Notes: a model not told the origin generated them from the sequence alone. Shown: positions 15,795-24,070, counted from the first letter of the stretch. The stretch: DNA of 57,505 nt from Bacteroidales bacterium (GCA_004557315.1 SFEH01000006.1:1-57505), one strand, 5' to 3'. Made by a program: numbers and translations.

Positions 15795-16968
15795 AATGCT
15801 GCAAGTGCTTCTACAGGTTTAATACTAACGGCTCGCTTGGCAGGGATGTAACCGGCAATGAGGCCTGCGATGATCATAGTGATATTGGCAGCAATGACCA
15901 CGCTGAGATCGACCTGCGGATCGGCAAAGACCTGTTCCGCCTGCGGGTACCAAAGAGCATCGTGATTCCGATCGATTCAAAAAGCACGAGCGAAAGGATC
16001 GACCGTGGAGTGGCACCTATTGCCTTACGGATGCCGAACTCACGAGTTCGTTCGCGCACGGTGATGAGCATGATGTTCGAAACACCCACGATACCTGCGA
16101 TGAGCGAAGCAATGCCAATGAGCCAGATGAACGACTCAAGGGCGCGTGTCACAGTCACATTTTGCAAATAGTTGGCATAGGAGTTGTTGACCCACACGGC
16201 ATTTCGGTCGTTTTTTGCGAACATACGGTAGTCAGCAAGCGTCTCGACGATACGCTCGTCGAATGCCTCATTCTCCTTGACTGTCTGCAGCTGATTGGTT
16301 AGCAAGGTAATGTTGCGATACAAACCCTCGGGGTTATAGATCATGTTGACCGTGGTGATAGGCGCATAGAGCGGATAACTTGCGCCCTGAGTGGCATTCT
16401 TGATCACTCCGACAATCTGGAATGGAATCTCTCCTACATTCACCATCTCCCCTATGAAACCATCGTCACGATGGAAGAGGTCCTTGGCTGTCTTCTGGTC
16501 GATGAGCACAACCTTGCGTGCCTCGCGCATGTCCAATTCGTTGAGCTGACGGCCCTCGATGAGCTTGGCATTCATTGCCGTCAGGAAGTCGGTGCGCTGA
16601 CCGGTGAGCGAAGTACTCATGCTGAACTCGCCATGCGACACCAGAGCGCCCACGCTTACCGAAGGAATAGCGTCGATAATCTCGGCATTGAACTCAGCCA
16701 TCAGAATCTGGCGGTCGTTTTCGTTCATCTTGACCTGTCGATACTGAGGCAAACCTCCATAAGGAAGAGTCGTCCAGCCAGGAGTGACGCGAATCCTGTT
16801 GACCGAATCCGAGGCAAAGTTCTTCTGCATTGCGTTGAACAAGCCGTCGCCCGCACTTAGCAAGACTATCAGCAGGAAGATGCCCCAGGCGATCGAGAAG
16901 CCGGTAAGCGCAATCCTCAGTTTATTTCGAGACATCGACTCGTATATCTCGGTCAATAAGTCCATCAT
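15791..16968 (-). pseudogene. ABC transporter permease, MacB/FtsX type, with an apparent -1 nt frameshift near 15950
   Basis: The reading frame from the 16968/16965 ATG ends in junk (..ITMLFGTRRRNRSL*, stop at 15874). The conserved C-terminus (YPQAEQVFADPQVDLSVVIAANITMIIAGLIAGYIPAKRAVSIKPVEALAAL*) continues in another frame to 15791. There its TGA overlaps the next gene's ATG (ATGA). Confidence 0.75.
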
Positions 16969-17608
16969 GAATGTGAATCCTTCTATCTGTTTGGTTTGCA
17001 ATATCCTGTTCGTGAGTCACGATCACTACAGTCATGTTCTGTTCACGGTTGACGCGACGGAGAATATCCATCACCTCCTGAGTGGTCTTGGAGTCGAGCG
17101 CACCCGTCGGCTCGTCGGCAAGGATGATTTTTGGCTGAGCGATGAGCGCACGTGCAATGGCCACTCGCTGCTTCTGTCCGCCCGACATCTCGTTAGGGAA
17201 ATGGTCGGCCCATTCGCGCAATCCCATGAGATCGAGATATTCGAGAGCCATGGCTTCGCGCTTGCGTCGTGACACACCTTTATAATACAGAGGCAGAGCC
17301 ACATTCTCCATAGCCGTCTTGAAGCCGATGAGATTGAAACTCTGGAAGACAAAACCAATGAGCTCATTGCGGAGCTTGGCCGCACGAGTCTCACTCAAGT
17401 TCTTGATGTGTGTTCCAGCCAGGTAATAGTCACCCTCGTCATAGTTGTCGAGAATGCCGATAATGTTCAAGAGGGTTGACTTACCCGAACCAGAGGCACC
17501 CATGATACTTACCAGCTCGCCATTCTCGATGTGCAGGTCAACGCCCTTGAGCACATGCAGAGGAGTTGCCGACTGGTAAGTCTTATGGATTCCTGTCAAT
17601 TTAATCAT
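16922..17608 (-). CDS. ABC transporter ATP-binding protein (MacB/LolD-like)
   Basis: It has Walker A GASGSGKST, signature MSGGQKQRVAIARAL and Walker B ILADEPTGALD. Confidence 0.95.
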   Translation of the reverse strand: MIKLTGIHKTYQSATPLHVLKGVDLHIENGELVSIMGASGSGKSTLLNIIGILDNYDEGDYYLAGTHIKNLSETRAAKLRNELIGFVFQSFNLIGFKTAMENVALPLYYKGVSRRKREAMALEYLDLMGLREWADHFPNEMSGGQKQRVAIARALIAQPKIILADEPTGALDSKTTQEVMDILRRVNREQNMTVVIVTHEQDIANQTDRRIHIHDGLIDRDIRVDVSK

Positions 17609-17622
17609 TTTTCCCTATTTAT

Positions 17623-17946
17623 TTAATCAATTGTAACTGCTGTTCCTGTTGCCGACACCATGATCATCGACTCTCCTATTGTCTCGTAGTCGATGTCGAT
17701 GCCGACCACAGCATTGGCTCCCATGCGAGCTGCACGATCCTCCAATTCCTTCAGAGCATTGGCGCGTCCTTCGATCAATACGGATTCGTAGCTGCCCGAT
17801 CGTCCGCCCACTACATCGCGAATCGAAGCCAAGAGGTCGCGCACGATGTTTGTTCCGAAAATAACTTCTCCATTCACGATTCCCTTATATGAGAGGATCT
17901 TGTGCCCCTCGATTGTTGGGGTTGTTGTAAGTAACATATATTCCAA
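17623..17946 (-). CDS. YbjQ-family (UPF0145) protein
   Basis: It is 107 aa. [13 protein letters not shown]...[13 protein letters not shown] is the typical YbjQ pattern. It lies 14 nt upstream of the ABC ATPase gene. Confidence 0.85.
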   Translation of the reverse strand: MEYMLLTTTPTIEGHKILSYKGIVNGEVIFGTNIVRDLLASIRDVVGGRSGSYESVLIEGRANALKELEDRAARMGANAVVGIDIDYETIGESMIMVSATGTAVTID

Positions 17947-17980
17947 ATTATTAAGTTGTTAATCAATTCTTTCAGTTTGC

Positions 17981-18113
17981 AGTTTAGGCTTATGGATTCT
18001 TGGCTTTAGCATCAATTTCCTTAATCCAAACATCTTGCTATCACCTATATATTTGTCCTATTCCTGCATTCATCATCAACAAGCCTCGATCCATAAACCC
18101 TAAACCTTAAACC
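17981..18113. repeat. imperfect inverted repeat with GGTTTA/GGCTTATGG-type arms
   Basis: The left arm AGTTTAGGCTTATGGATTCTTGGCTTT (17981-18007) is compared with the reverse complement of the right arm AAGCCTCGATCCATAAACCCTAAACCTTAAACC (18081-18112). The loop is ~73 nt. It lies between the GntR operon and the ybjQ operon. Confidence 0.7.
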
Positions 18114-18141
18114 TTTGTTTGCCTATTAGACGCAACGACTT

Positions 18142-18507
18142 TCAGTTTTGTTGCATCAATAGTGATAATTTTTCTGAAATTTTTTCAGTTGTGATTCCAA
18201 GGAGCTTCATTTCGCGTGCGATAAGCGGCAGTTGCTCCTCATAGAAACGCTTTGAACGCATCTCCTGAATCTTGTCGATAGCGCCATCGGCGAGGAAATT
18301 GCCCTTACCTCTCTGGCTGTAGATGATCTCGCCTTGCAGCAGTCGTTCGATGGCACGCTGCACGGTGTTAGGGTTGACCTGCATCTGCATCGCCAGTTCG
18401 CGCACCGAAGGAATCTGTTCATCGGTCTTGACCTCTCCTCGCAATACTCGGTCGCAGATTACATCGACAATCTGCATGAATATCGGTTGATTATTCTGAA
18501 ATTCCAT
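18142..18507 (-). CDS. GntR-family (YtrA-like) transcriptional regulator
   Basis: It has a winged HTH (IPSVRELAMQMQVNPNTVQRAIERL) and is 122 aa from MEFQNNQP. The longer ORF-track start at 18606 reads through a repeat arm and is rejected. Confidence 0.85.
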   Translation of the reverse strand: MEFQNNQPIFMQIVDVICDRVLRGEVKTDEQIPSVRELAMQMQVNPNTVQRAIERLLQGEIIYSQRGKGNFLADGAIDKIQEMRSKRFYEEQLPLIAREMKLLGITTEKISEKLSLLMQQN

Positions 18508-18554
18508 TGTTATCTGTTTTATGTTTGTAAAAATCCTATTCCAAATCATCTTTA

Positions 18555-18642
18555 TTTTAGGTTTTAAGGTTTTATGGTTTTGAGGTTTTCTGTCAGCGCG
18601 AAGCACCTTATAACCTCATAACCTTATAACCTTACAACCTTA
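18555..18642. repeat. bipartite octamer-repeat element (same family as 5248-5415, opposite plus-strand orientation)
   Basis: 18555-18589 is TTTTAGGTTTTAAGGTTTTATGGTTTTGAGGTTTT (no C). The centre is CTGTCAGCGCGAAGCA. 18606-18642 is CCTTATAACCTCATAACCTTATAACCTTACAACCTTA (no G). Confidence 0.9.
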
Positions 18643-19581
18643 TTTCGCCTGCTTGCGGCAGATCTGTCGGTAGAAGAGATAAGCCAAGCCTATCAGGATC
18701 AACGGAGTGGCGTAGCAGACATATGTCATGACGTTCAACACAGTTATCACATTGCCCATAATGAGGTTGTTCAATTCTTCCTGCGACACATTGCCTGCCA
18801 TTTGACTGATTTCTGTTCCGAACACCACTATCGAACAGATTATCATCGTGATAGCGAAGACCACTGACACTGCGAAATAAATAGCTATGGTCTTGAGCTG
18901 TCCGTTGGTACGGAAGAGCATATTGACGCACATATAGGCAAAGAGCTCGCAGAGGGTGATGACTGGAGTGAACCTCATAAGGGTGCTGACGGTCGTGAAG
19001 AACAGCGTAAACAATTCAGGAGCAAGCTGCTCATTTGCAGCAACTTCCTGCATCTGATACATTGTCGATTCCCAATTTACGCCGTTCATTACTACCGAGA
19101 ATTCATCGAGATTCTTGGCAGGGAAGAGAATCAGGAACGGATCGGTGAGCCAGTCAAGTGCAGGAAACATGTACCAGCATGTGAGCATCGTCAATGAGTG
19201 GCAGATGAGATAGATTACGAAGACTGCAGCTGCTCCAAGTGCGTATTCGGCAAGCATCACTACATACTTCTCGGCCGAAGTGCCTGGGATTGAGAGGTAG
19301 TTGGTAGCACTGCGAGGGTTGGTGAACTTCTGATGAAGAAGTGTCGTAACCACAAAGACCATCGCGAGCTGAGCATAATTGAAGAACGAGCCGATGAACT
19401 TCGACATGATGACCGGAGTTTCAGGTTCGAGGCTCTCGATATGGAAGATGTTCTTCGATAAGAAGAAAAGCAGCACACAGCAGACATAGATAATGGCTAT
19501 GAGCGCCATTGTCAACGAGAACTTGTTCTTGTTGATTGCCCAGTCGTATCTGATCAGCGAAAGTATTCTATTACTATTCAT
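18640..19581 (-). CDS. polytopic membrane protein, probable permease partner of the adjacent ABC ATPase
   Basis: It is 313 aa with multiple hydrophobic helices. It sits between the ABC ATPase and a YtrA-like GntR gene. No family recognised. Confidence 0.65.
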   Translation of the reverse strand: MNSNRILSLIRYDWAINKNKFSLTMALIAIIYVCCVLLFFLSKNIFHIESLEPETPVIMSKFIGSFFNYAQLAMVFVVTTLLHQKFTNPRSATNYLSIPGTSAEKYVVMLAEYALGAAAVFVIYLICHSLTMLTCWYMFPALDWLTDPFLILFPAKNLDEFSVVMNGVNWESTMYQMQEVAANEQLAPELFTLFFTTVSTLMRFTPVITLCELFAYMCVNMLFRTNGQLKTIAIYFAVSVVFAITMIICSIVVFGTEISQMAGNVSQEELNNLIMGNVITVLNVMTYVCYATPLILIGLAYLFYRQICRKQAK

Positions 19582-19590
19582 ATTGTTTTC

Positions 19591-19688
19591 TTTTTTAGGT
19601 TTTGAGGTTTTATGGTTTTGAGGTTTTGAGGTATTCTGGCAGCGCGAAGCTCCTTATAACCTTATAACCTCACAACCTAATAACCTCA
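19591..19688. repeat. bipartite octamer-repeat element (third family member)
   Basis: 19591-19633 is TTTTTTAGGTTTTGAGGTTTTATGGTTTTGAGGTTTTGAGGTA (no C). The centre is TTCTGGCAGCGCGAAGCT. 19652-19688 is CCTTATAACCTTATAACCTCACAACCTAATAACCTCA (no G). Confidence 0.9.
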
Positions 19689-19690
19689 TT

Positions 19691-20512
19691 TTATCCAAAT
19701 ATCTTCTTAAACGCGTCGGGGCGCTTGACCACTGCACTGAAAAGCAGCTTGATGTCAACCGGCATCTCTTCGCCAGTCTTGTTGACCATCACGCTCCAAG
19801 CGCCTCTGAGATTCTGTTCGCTATAAAGCACCTCATCACCCTCCTCGGCAACTCCGAAACAGAGCTTCTGCCCGATTTCCTGAAGCGATGCGCTGAGCAG
19901 CACGCCATCGTTCTCAAGTATCACCACATAGTCGATAAGACCTTCGAGATCGTCCACCTGATGAGTTGAGATGAGCACTGTTGAATTGTCGCTGATCGAA
20001 CTTGCCACGATGCGGCGGAAGCTTGATTTCGAAGGGATATCCATTCCGTTGGTTGGTTCATCCATAAACAAATATGGAGTGTTGCAAGCCAACGACAGCG
20101 AGATGAGCGCCTTCTTCTGCTGTCCGAGCGACATCAGAGTGATCTTCTTGTCGGTCGGAACCTCAAACTCCTTGAGAGCATTCTCGAGCAGATCGTAGTC
20201 GAATGTCGGATATAGCGGTGCTGTGACATCGGCAAGCTGCTTGATGGTGACGTCGAACAATACCTCGTTCTCCGGCACCAAGCGGATCTGCTGCTGCATC
20301 TCTGCCTTGCGTTCGCGTGGGTCATAGCCTCCCACCTTGTATTCTCCTTCGCCAAGCAATGCTCCAGTCAGAATCTTGAGCAATGTCGATTTTCCTACTC
20401 CATTCTTTCCAAGCAAACCATAGATATGCCCCTCTGGCAATTGGAGGGAGATCTTCTTCAGAACCGGCTGATATGTAGTGTAGCCATAGTTCAAGTCATT
20501 TGTCTGTATCAT
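19691..20512 (-). CDS. ABC transporter ATP-binding protein
   Basis: It has Walker A GKNGVGKSTLLK, signature MSLGQQKKALISLSL and Walker B LFMDEPTNGMD. Confidence 0.9.
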   Translation of the reverse strand: MIQTNDLNYGYTTYQPVLKKISLQLPEGHIYGLLGKNGVGKSTLLKILTGALLGEGEYKVGGYDPRERKAEMQQQIRLVPENEVLFDVTIKQLADVTAPLYPTFDYDLLENALKEFEVPTDKKITLMSLGQQKKALISLSLACNTPYLFMDEPTNGMDIPSKSSFRRIVASSISDNSTVLISTHQVDDLEGLIDYVVILENDGVLLSASLQEIGQKLCFGVAEEGDEVLYSEQNLRGAWSVMVNKTGEEMPVDIKLLFSAVVKRPDAFKKIFG

Positions 20513-20598
20513 CGTTCTATTATTAAATAAGTAATCTTTCTATGTTGTTATGTGCTTACCAACTTATTTAATTAGTGTGTTAGTTGATTAGTACACTG

Positions 20599-20606
20599 CA
20601 AAGGTA
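20599..20606 (-). promoter_or_regulatory. TAnnTTTG box (TACCTTTG on minus strand) for the ABC/GntR operon
   Basis: The plus-strand sequence CAAAGGTA lies 87 nt upstream of the ATG at 20512. An imperfect palindrome lies immediately downstream (20574-20597). Confidence 0.35.
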
Positions 20607-20651
20607 GAGCATTATCTCTATTCATTGCAAGAAAATATATATAAATCGCAC

Positions 20652-20687
20652 AAAAAAAAGAAAACCGCCCTAAAAAAGAGCGGTTTT
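20652..20687 (-). terminator. intrinsic terminator of the GH51 gene
   Basis: The stem pairs AAAACCGC (20661-20668) with GCGGTTTT (20680-20687). On the minus strand it is followed by a T8 run (plus-strand A-run 20652-20659). Confidence 0.7.
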
Positions 20688-20706
20688 GACAATTATAGAT
20701 TACAAA

Positions 20707-23244
20707 TTATTTTCTATCCACCAACAAAACACCCGCAGAATATGGCTCAACGTCAAGGATATATGCATTATCAGAAGCTTCGACACTCTTATGCATAAGA
20801 GCAATGGCATCTTTATTGTCCATCGTGTTGCCAATCATCAGATCGCCTGGAGCGAAATATTCATATTGGCCAATCTTTGCATCTTTCCACCCTCCAGCAA
20901 TCGTCAAACGGTATGGCTTGTCGGTAGGATTGACCACCTTAACTATCACACTCTTTCCGTTTTCCGACATAGTTGTGACCACGCTCAGCTCTCCTGTATC
21001 GCCCTCATTATCGAGCAGATAAGGGGAAAAATGGTCGTACCAAAGATCCGTCACCTGATAATTAGGGGCGGCATATACATCCTTATAGTCGAAATTGATG
21101 AATGCGTTATTCCAATCGGGCGCATCTGTGCGTCGAATAAACAGAGCCGCAGCTCCCATTGCCACAATCTCACGTTGTTCGCACTCGTTGAGGAATCCAC
21201 CAGCGAAAAGACCTGTGCGCCAATCCTGGCTATTGAGGTTCCACTCCGAGATGAAGAGCTTGATGTTCGGATTTGGGCTTTCGGCAATCTTCTTTGCATA
21301 GCGGTCATACATCTCTCCTAAGCGTTTTGGACCTGACGCATAGCCATTTGGTTGTTCATAGTGATGAAGGCTGAGATAGTCGAAGCAATGGCCCGATCGT
21401 TCGATGAAATCCATGTCTTCCTGAAAACCACCACACGCAATAATCTTGATTGTCGGGTCGATCTTGCGCATCTCCTCCGAGTAACGTCTCACACATTTCT
21501 CATATCGCTCGATGCCCATCTCCCACATCTCATTGTCAATTTCCCAATATTTGACGTTGTAAGGCTCTGGATGACCGTTGGCTGCACGCTTTGCACCCCA
21601 CTCATCGGTAGCCGGAGCATTGCAATAGCGCAACCAGTTGAGAGCATTTTGAAGGATAGTGTCAAACTCCGACTCCGGACGTTCGAATGCCACGCTGACG
21701 ACAATGACTGGTTCGGTATTTATCTCTCGACAGAAACGGATAAACTCGTCGGTACCAAAGCAGTTTTGATCATAATCCATCCACATCCAATGATCCCAGC
21801 GTTGGCGTTTCTCCTGCGGGCCAATACCCCATCGCCAATCGTATTGAGCCACATATCCGCCTCCTGGCCATCGCAGGCAGGTTGGCTGTAGCTTCTTCAC
21901 CATTGAGAAGATGTCAGGACGGAAGCCTCCGAGAGCCAAACCCGAAGCTGTGGTCATGCTTACCTCATCGACCTGCAAAGTGCCGTCCTCAACGCAGATT
22001 GCAAAGTCGGCATCACCTGAATAGCTGTTGGTCGAAAGTTCGAACTCATATTTTTTCCAGTCGTTTCCCGGTACGCCCAATGTCTCTTTTGCCACGACTG
22101 TTTGTCCATGCTTCAAAGCCACCGAGAGTTTGGCGCCACCCTTGGCGTGAATATACCCGATGTATTTCTCGCCTGGCACGATACGAGCCACAGGTCCCTG
22201 ACAGATGCCAGCCAAGCCATTGGCCGAAATCTTTTGCGAATATTTCATATTGACAGCATCGCCCTTGACAAGTTCATAAGTGCCATTGCCGAAACTCTCC
22301 CACTGAGGTGCCACTGCTGGAATCTTCACGTCTTCGGGGCGGCCTTCAAACAACACTTTCTTTCCATCGGCCGACATCACTTTTATATTTTTATATGTCG
22401 CTTCTGTATAGTTGACCCATAGCCAAATGTCGTTCTTTCCTGCCTTATCGAGATTGTTGGCCTTCAACACTTGTTTGCCGTCCCAATAGACCTTGGCAAC
22501 GGTTCCTCTACAGGAGATTCGCAGTTTATGCCAATCTTGATTCTCGTTGATCTGCTGCTCGTTGGCATATTTCTTGATTATCGGCTCAAAGACTTTCATC
22601 ATACGGGTTCTGCCCCCGAAGATTGGCACTTCCTTCTCTTTCTGAAGGGCAATCGAGAAACTCGGTTCGCTCTCCTGCTTCTGCATCGCCTCACGAGCCT
22701 TTGCCATTGCTTCGTTATTGCGCATCTCTTCGGTTTGTGCAACCGACAACTGACGCACCTCATAATAAGGATTGTGAATGCGCAAGAAATACGGCTCACC
22801 ATTCATCCTATCCTTGAACTCAAAACGGATGTCCATCAGACCTCCACTCCAAGCACGGCGAGCCAGACGATACGAACGCCAGTTGACATCCATCGTTATG
22901 TCATAATCATCACTATCGACTGTGGTAATCTTCAACGGCTGTTCATAGCGAGTAGGCGAATGAAGCACCTCATCGTCATCGACAAACCAGCCATCAAAAT
23001 ATCCATCACGAGGAGGAATACCTGGATGATGCTCAGGTTCGAATGATCGCTCAAAAATCAGTTCCTGCCACACGCCATTGTTGGCAGAGAAATAGATATG
23101 TTCGAACAACTGCCCATAAAGCATCGGATCCACAAAGCCACTTGGCTTGGACGTGTCAATAGAAATGGACTTATTGACCTGAGCATTAGCATTGACCGAA
23201 AGCAGCATTAAGGCTGCCGTAGAAAACAAAAGAGATTGTCGCAT
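20707..23244 (-). CDS. GH51-like alpha-L-arabinofuranosidase with N-terminal accessory/CBM-like region
   Basis: It is 845 aa with a signal peptide. The clan GH-A acid/base motif is YWEIDNEMW and the nucleophile motif is LFISEWN, spaced as in GH51. The C-terminus is a beta-sandwich. Confidence 0.75.
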   Translation of the reverse strand: MRQSLLFSTAALMLLSVNANAQVNKSISIDTSKPSGFVDPMLYGQLFEHIYFSANNGVWQELIFERSFEPEHHPGIPPRDGYFDGWFVDDDEVLHSPTRYEQPLKITTVDSDDYDITMDVNWRSYRLARRAWSGGLMDIRFEFKDRMNGEPYFLRIHNPYYEVRQLSVAQTEEMRNNEAMAKAREAMQKQESEPSFSIALQKEKEVPIFGGRTRMMKVFEPIIKKYANEQQINENQDWHKLRISCRGTVAKVYWDGKQVLKANNLDKAGKNDIWLWVNYTEATYKNIKVMSADGKKVLFEGRPEDVKIPAVAPQWESFGNGTYELVKGDAVNMKYSQKISANGLAGICQGPVARIVPGEKYIGYIHAKGGAKLSVALKHGQTVVAKETLGVPGNDWKKYEFELSTNSYSGDADFAICVEDGTLQVDEVSMTTASGLALGGFRPDIFSMVKKLQPTCLRWPGGGYVAQYDWRWGIGPQEKRQRWDHWMWMDYDQNCFGTDEFIRFCREINTEPVIVVSVAFERPESEFDTILQNALNWLRYCNAPATDEWGAKRAANGHPEPYNVKYWEIDNEMWEMGIERYEKCVRRYSEEMRKIDPTIKIIACGGFQEDMDFIERSGHCFDYLSLHHYEQPNGYASGPKRLGEMYDRYAKKIAESPNPNIKLFISEWNLNSQDWRTGLFAGGFLNECEQREIVAMGAAALFIRRTDAPDWNNAFINFDYKDVYAAPNYQVTDLWYDHFSPYLLDNEGDTGELSVVTTMSENGKSVIVKVVNPTDKPYRLTIAGGWKDAKIGQYEYFAPGDLMIGNTMDNKDAIALMHKSVEASDNAYILDVEPYSAGVLLVDRK

Positions 23245-23283
23245 ATTTCCAAGATATCAATAATAAATAACGGTAATGTGGAG

Positions 23284-23291
23284 CAAATATA
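23284..23291 (-). promoter_or_regulatory. TAnnTTTG box (TATATTTG on minus strand) for the GH51 gene
   Basis: The plus-strand sequence CAAATATA lies 40 nt upstream of the ATG at 23244. Confidence 0.45.
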
Positions 23292-23388
23292 GCAATAATA
23301 TATTAATTATTTGCTTTTTCTTTCAAAAAAGATTACATTTATAGGCTTTTTCACTTATAATTGCCCAAAAAACATCTTTTGCTGACAG

Positions 23389-23577
23389 TCAGTTCTTTGC
23401 TGGTATGTTGTATTGGAGAGCCACGAGGGACGTGCTGGCTATCTGTGCTGCGAAGTTGTCAGACTGGCATTTGCTAAGCCCAAGCAGTCCCTTACTCTCC
23501 TTGAAGATAACCTTCTGGGGCAAGCGTCTGGAGTAGATTTTATATGCTTCAAAGAATCCCAAGTCAAGTATAAGAAA
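23389..23577 (-). pseudogene. C-terminal remnant of an IS4-like DDE transposase
   Basis: The minus-strand frame between stops reads FLILDLGFFEAYKIYSRRLPQKVIFKESKGLLGLSKCQSDNFAAQIASTSLVALQYNIPAKN*. This fits the IS4 Y-x2-R-x3-E-x6-K block with the E replaced by K. It is only 62 codons with no start. Confidence 0.45.
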
Positions 23578-23742
23578 CTAAACGACAAAACGCAACATTG
23601 CTGTTGATGAAAAAAAATATTTCGTCATTTTTAAAACAATACACATCAAACCATTAATGTAGCAGCAAATGCTTCTACTTGTTTTTTGACGCTTGACGTC
23701 TTAATGGCAGGGACAGCAGAATAAGTATCATCCTCCACTCTG

Positions 23743-23895
23743 CCTTCGCTCATCCTACGAGATGACATCGGAGATTGTCCACCGATTGTCCATCGATTGT
23801 CCATCGATTGTCCATCGTTTCGATGGAGAACTAATGGAGAATTGATGTATAAATAATGGGGAAAATATGTAAATAATTCGAAGGATGAGCGAAGG
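23743..23895. repeat. long imperfect palindrome centred at ~23819 with 11-bp tandem repeats
   Basis: A perfect 14-bp outer stem pairs CCTTCGCTCATCCT (23743-23756) with AGGATGAGCGAAGG (23882-23895). The inner part has four tandem GATTGTCCA(T/C)C units (23773-23816) facing GATGGAGAACT and AATGGAGAATT (23822-23843). Confidence 0.85.
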
Positions 23896-24035
23896 ATGTA
23901 CGGAAGAAGGACTGAAGAAGGATGGAAGAAGAATGGAAAATGGCAGAAAGGGTGCAGAGGAATCGTAAAATACGAAATAATAAGATTAGGATCGTGATTT
24001 TTTTATAAAAAAGCTTGAAACATCGTTTTTTTGTT

Positions 24036-24043
24036 TATATTTG
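24036..24043 (+). promoter_or_regulatory. TAnnTTTG box (TATATTTG)
   Basis: It lies 28 nt upstream of the GNAT ATG at 24071. Confidence 0.5.
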
Positions 24044-24070
24044 CACCATAAAAAACAGAGAACATCGGAT

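Noticed and set aside
15825-16016. 63-aa ORF at the frameshift site of the FtsX permease.
   Set aside because: It is the third, non-homologous frame (Arg/Cys/His-rich). The conserved C-terminus is in the other frame, ending at 15791.
18508-18606. N-terminal extensions offered by the ORF track: GntR from 18606, uvrA from 43695, M23 from 38575, TlpA-like from 48114, GNAT from 24041, C69 from 40420 and SusD from 32701.
   Set aside because: The extensions translate repeat arms, upstream-gene tails or promoter regions. Internal ATGs give proper signal peptides or family-typical N-termini.
23413-23607. 64-aa plus-strand ORF.
   Set aside because: It is the antisense shadow of the transposase remnant, whose minus-strand translation carries the IS4-like block.
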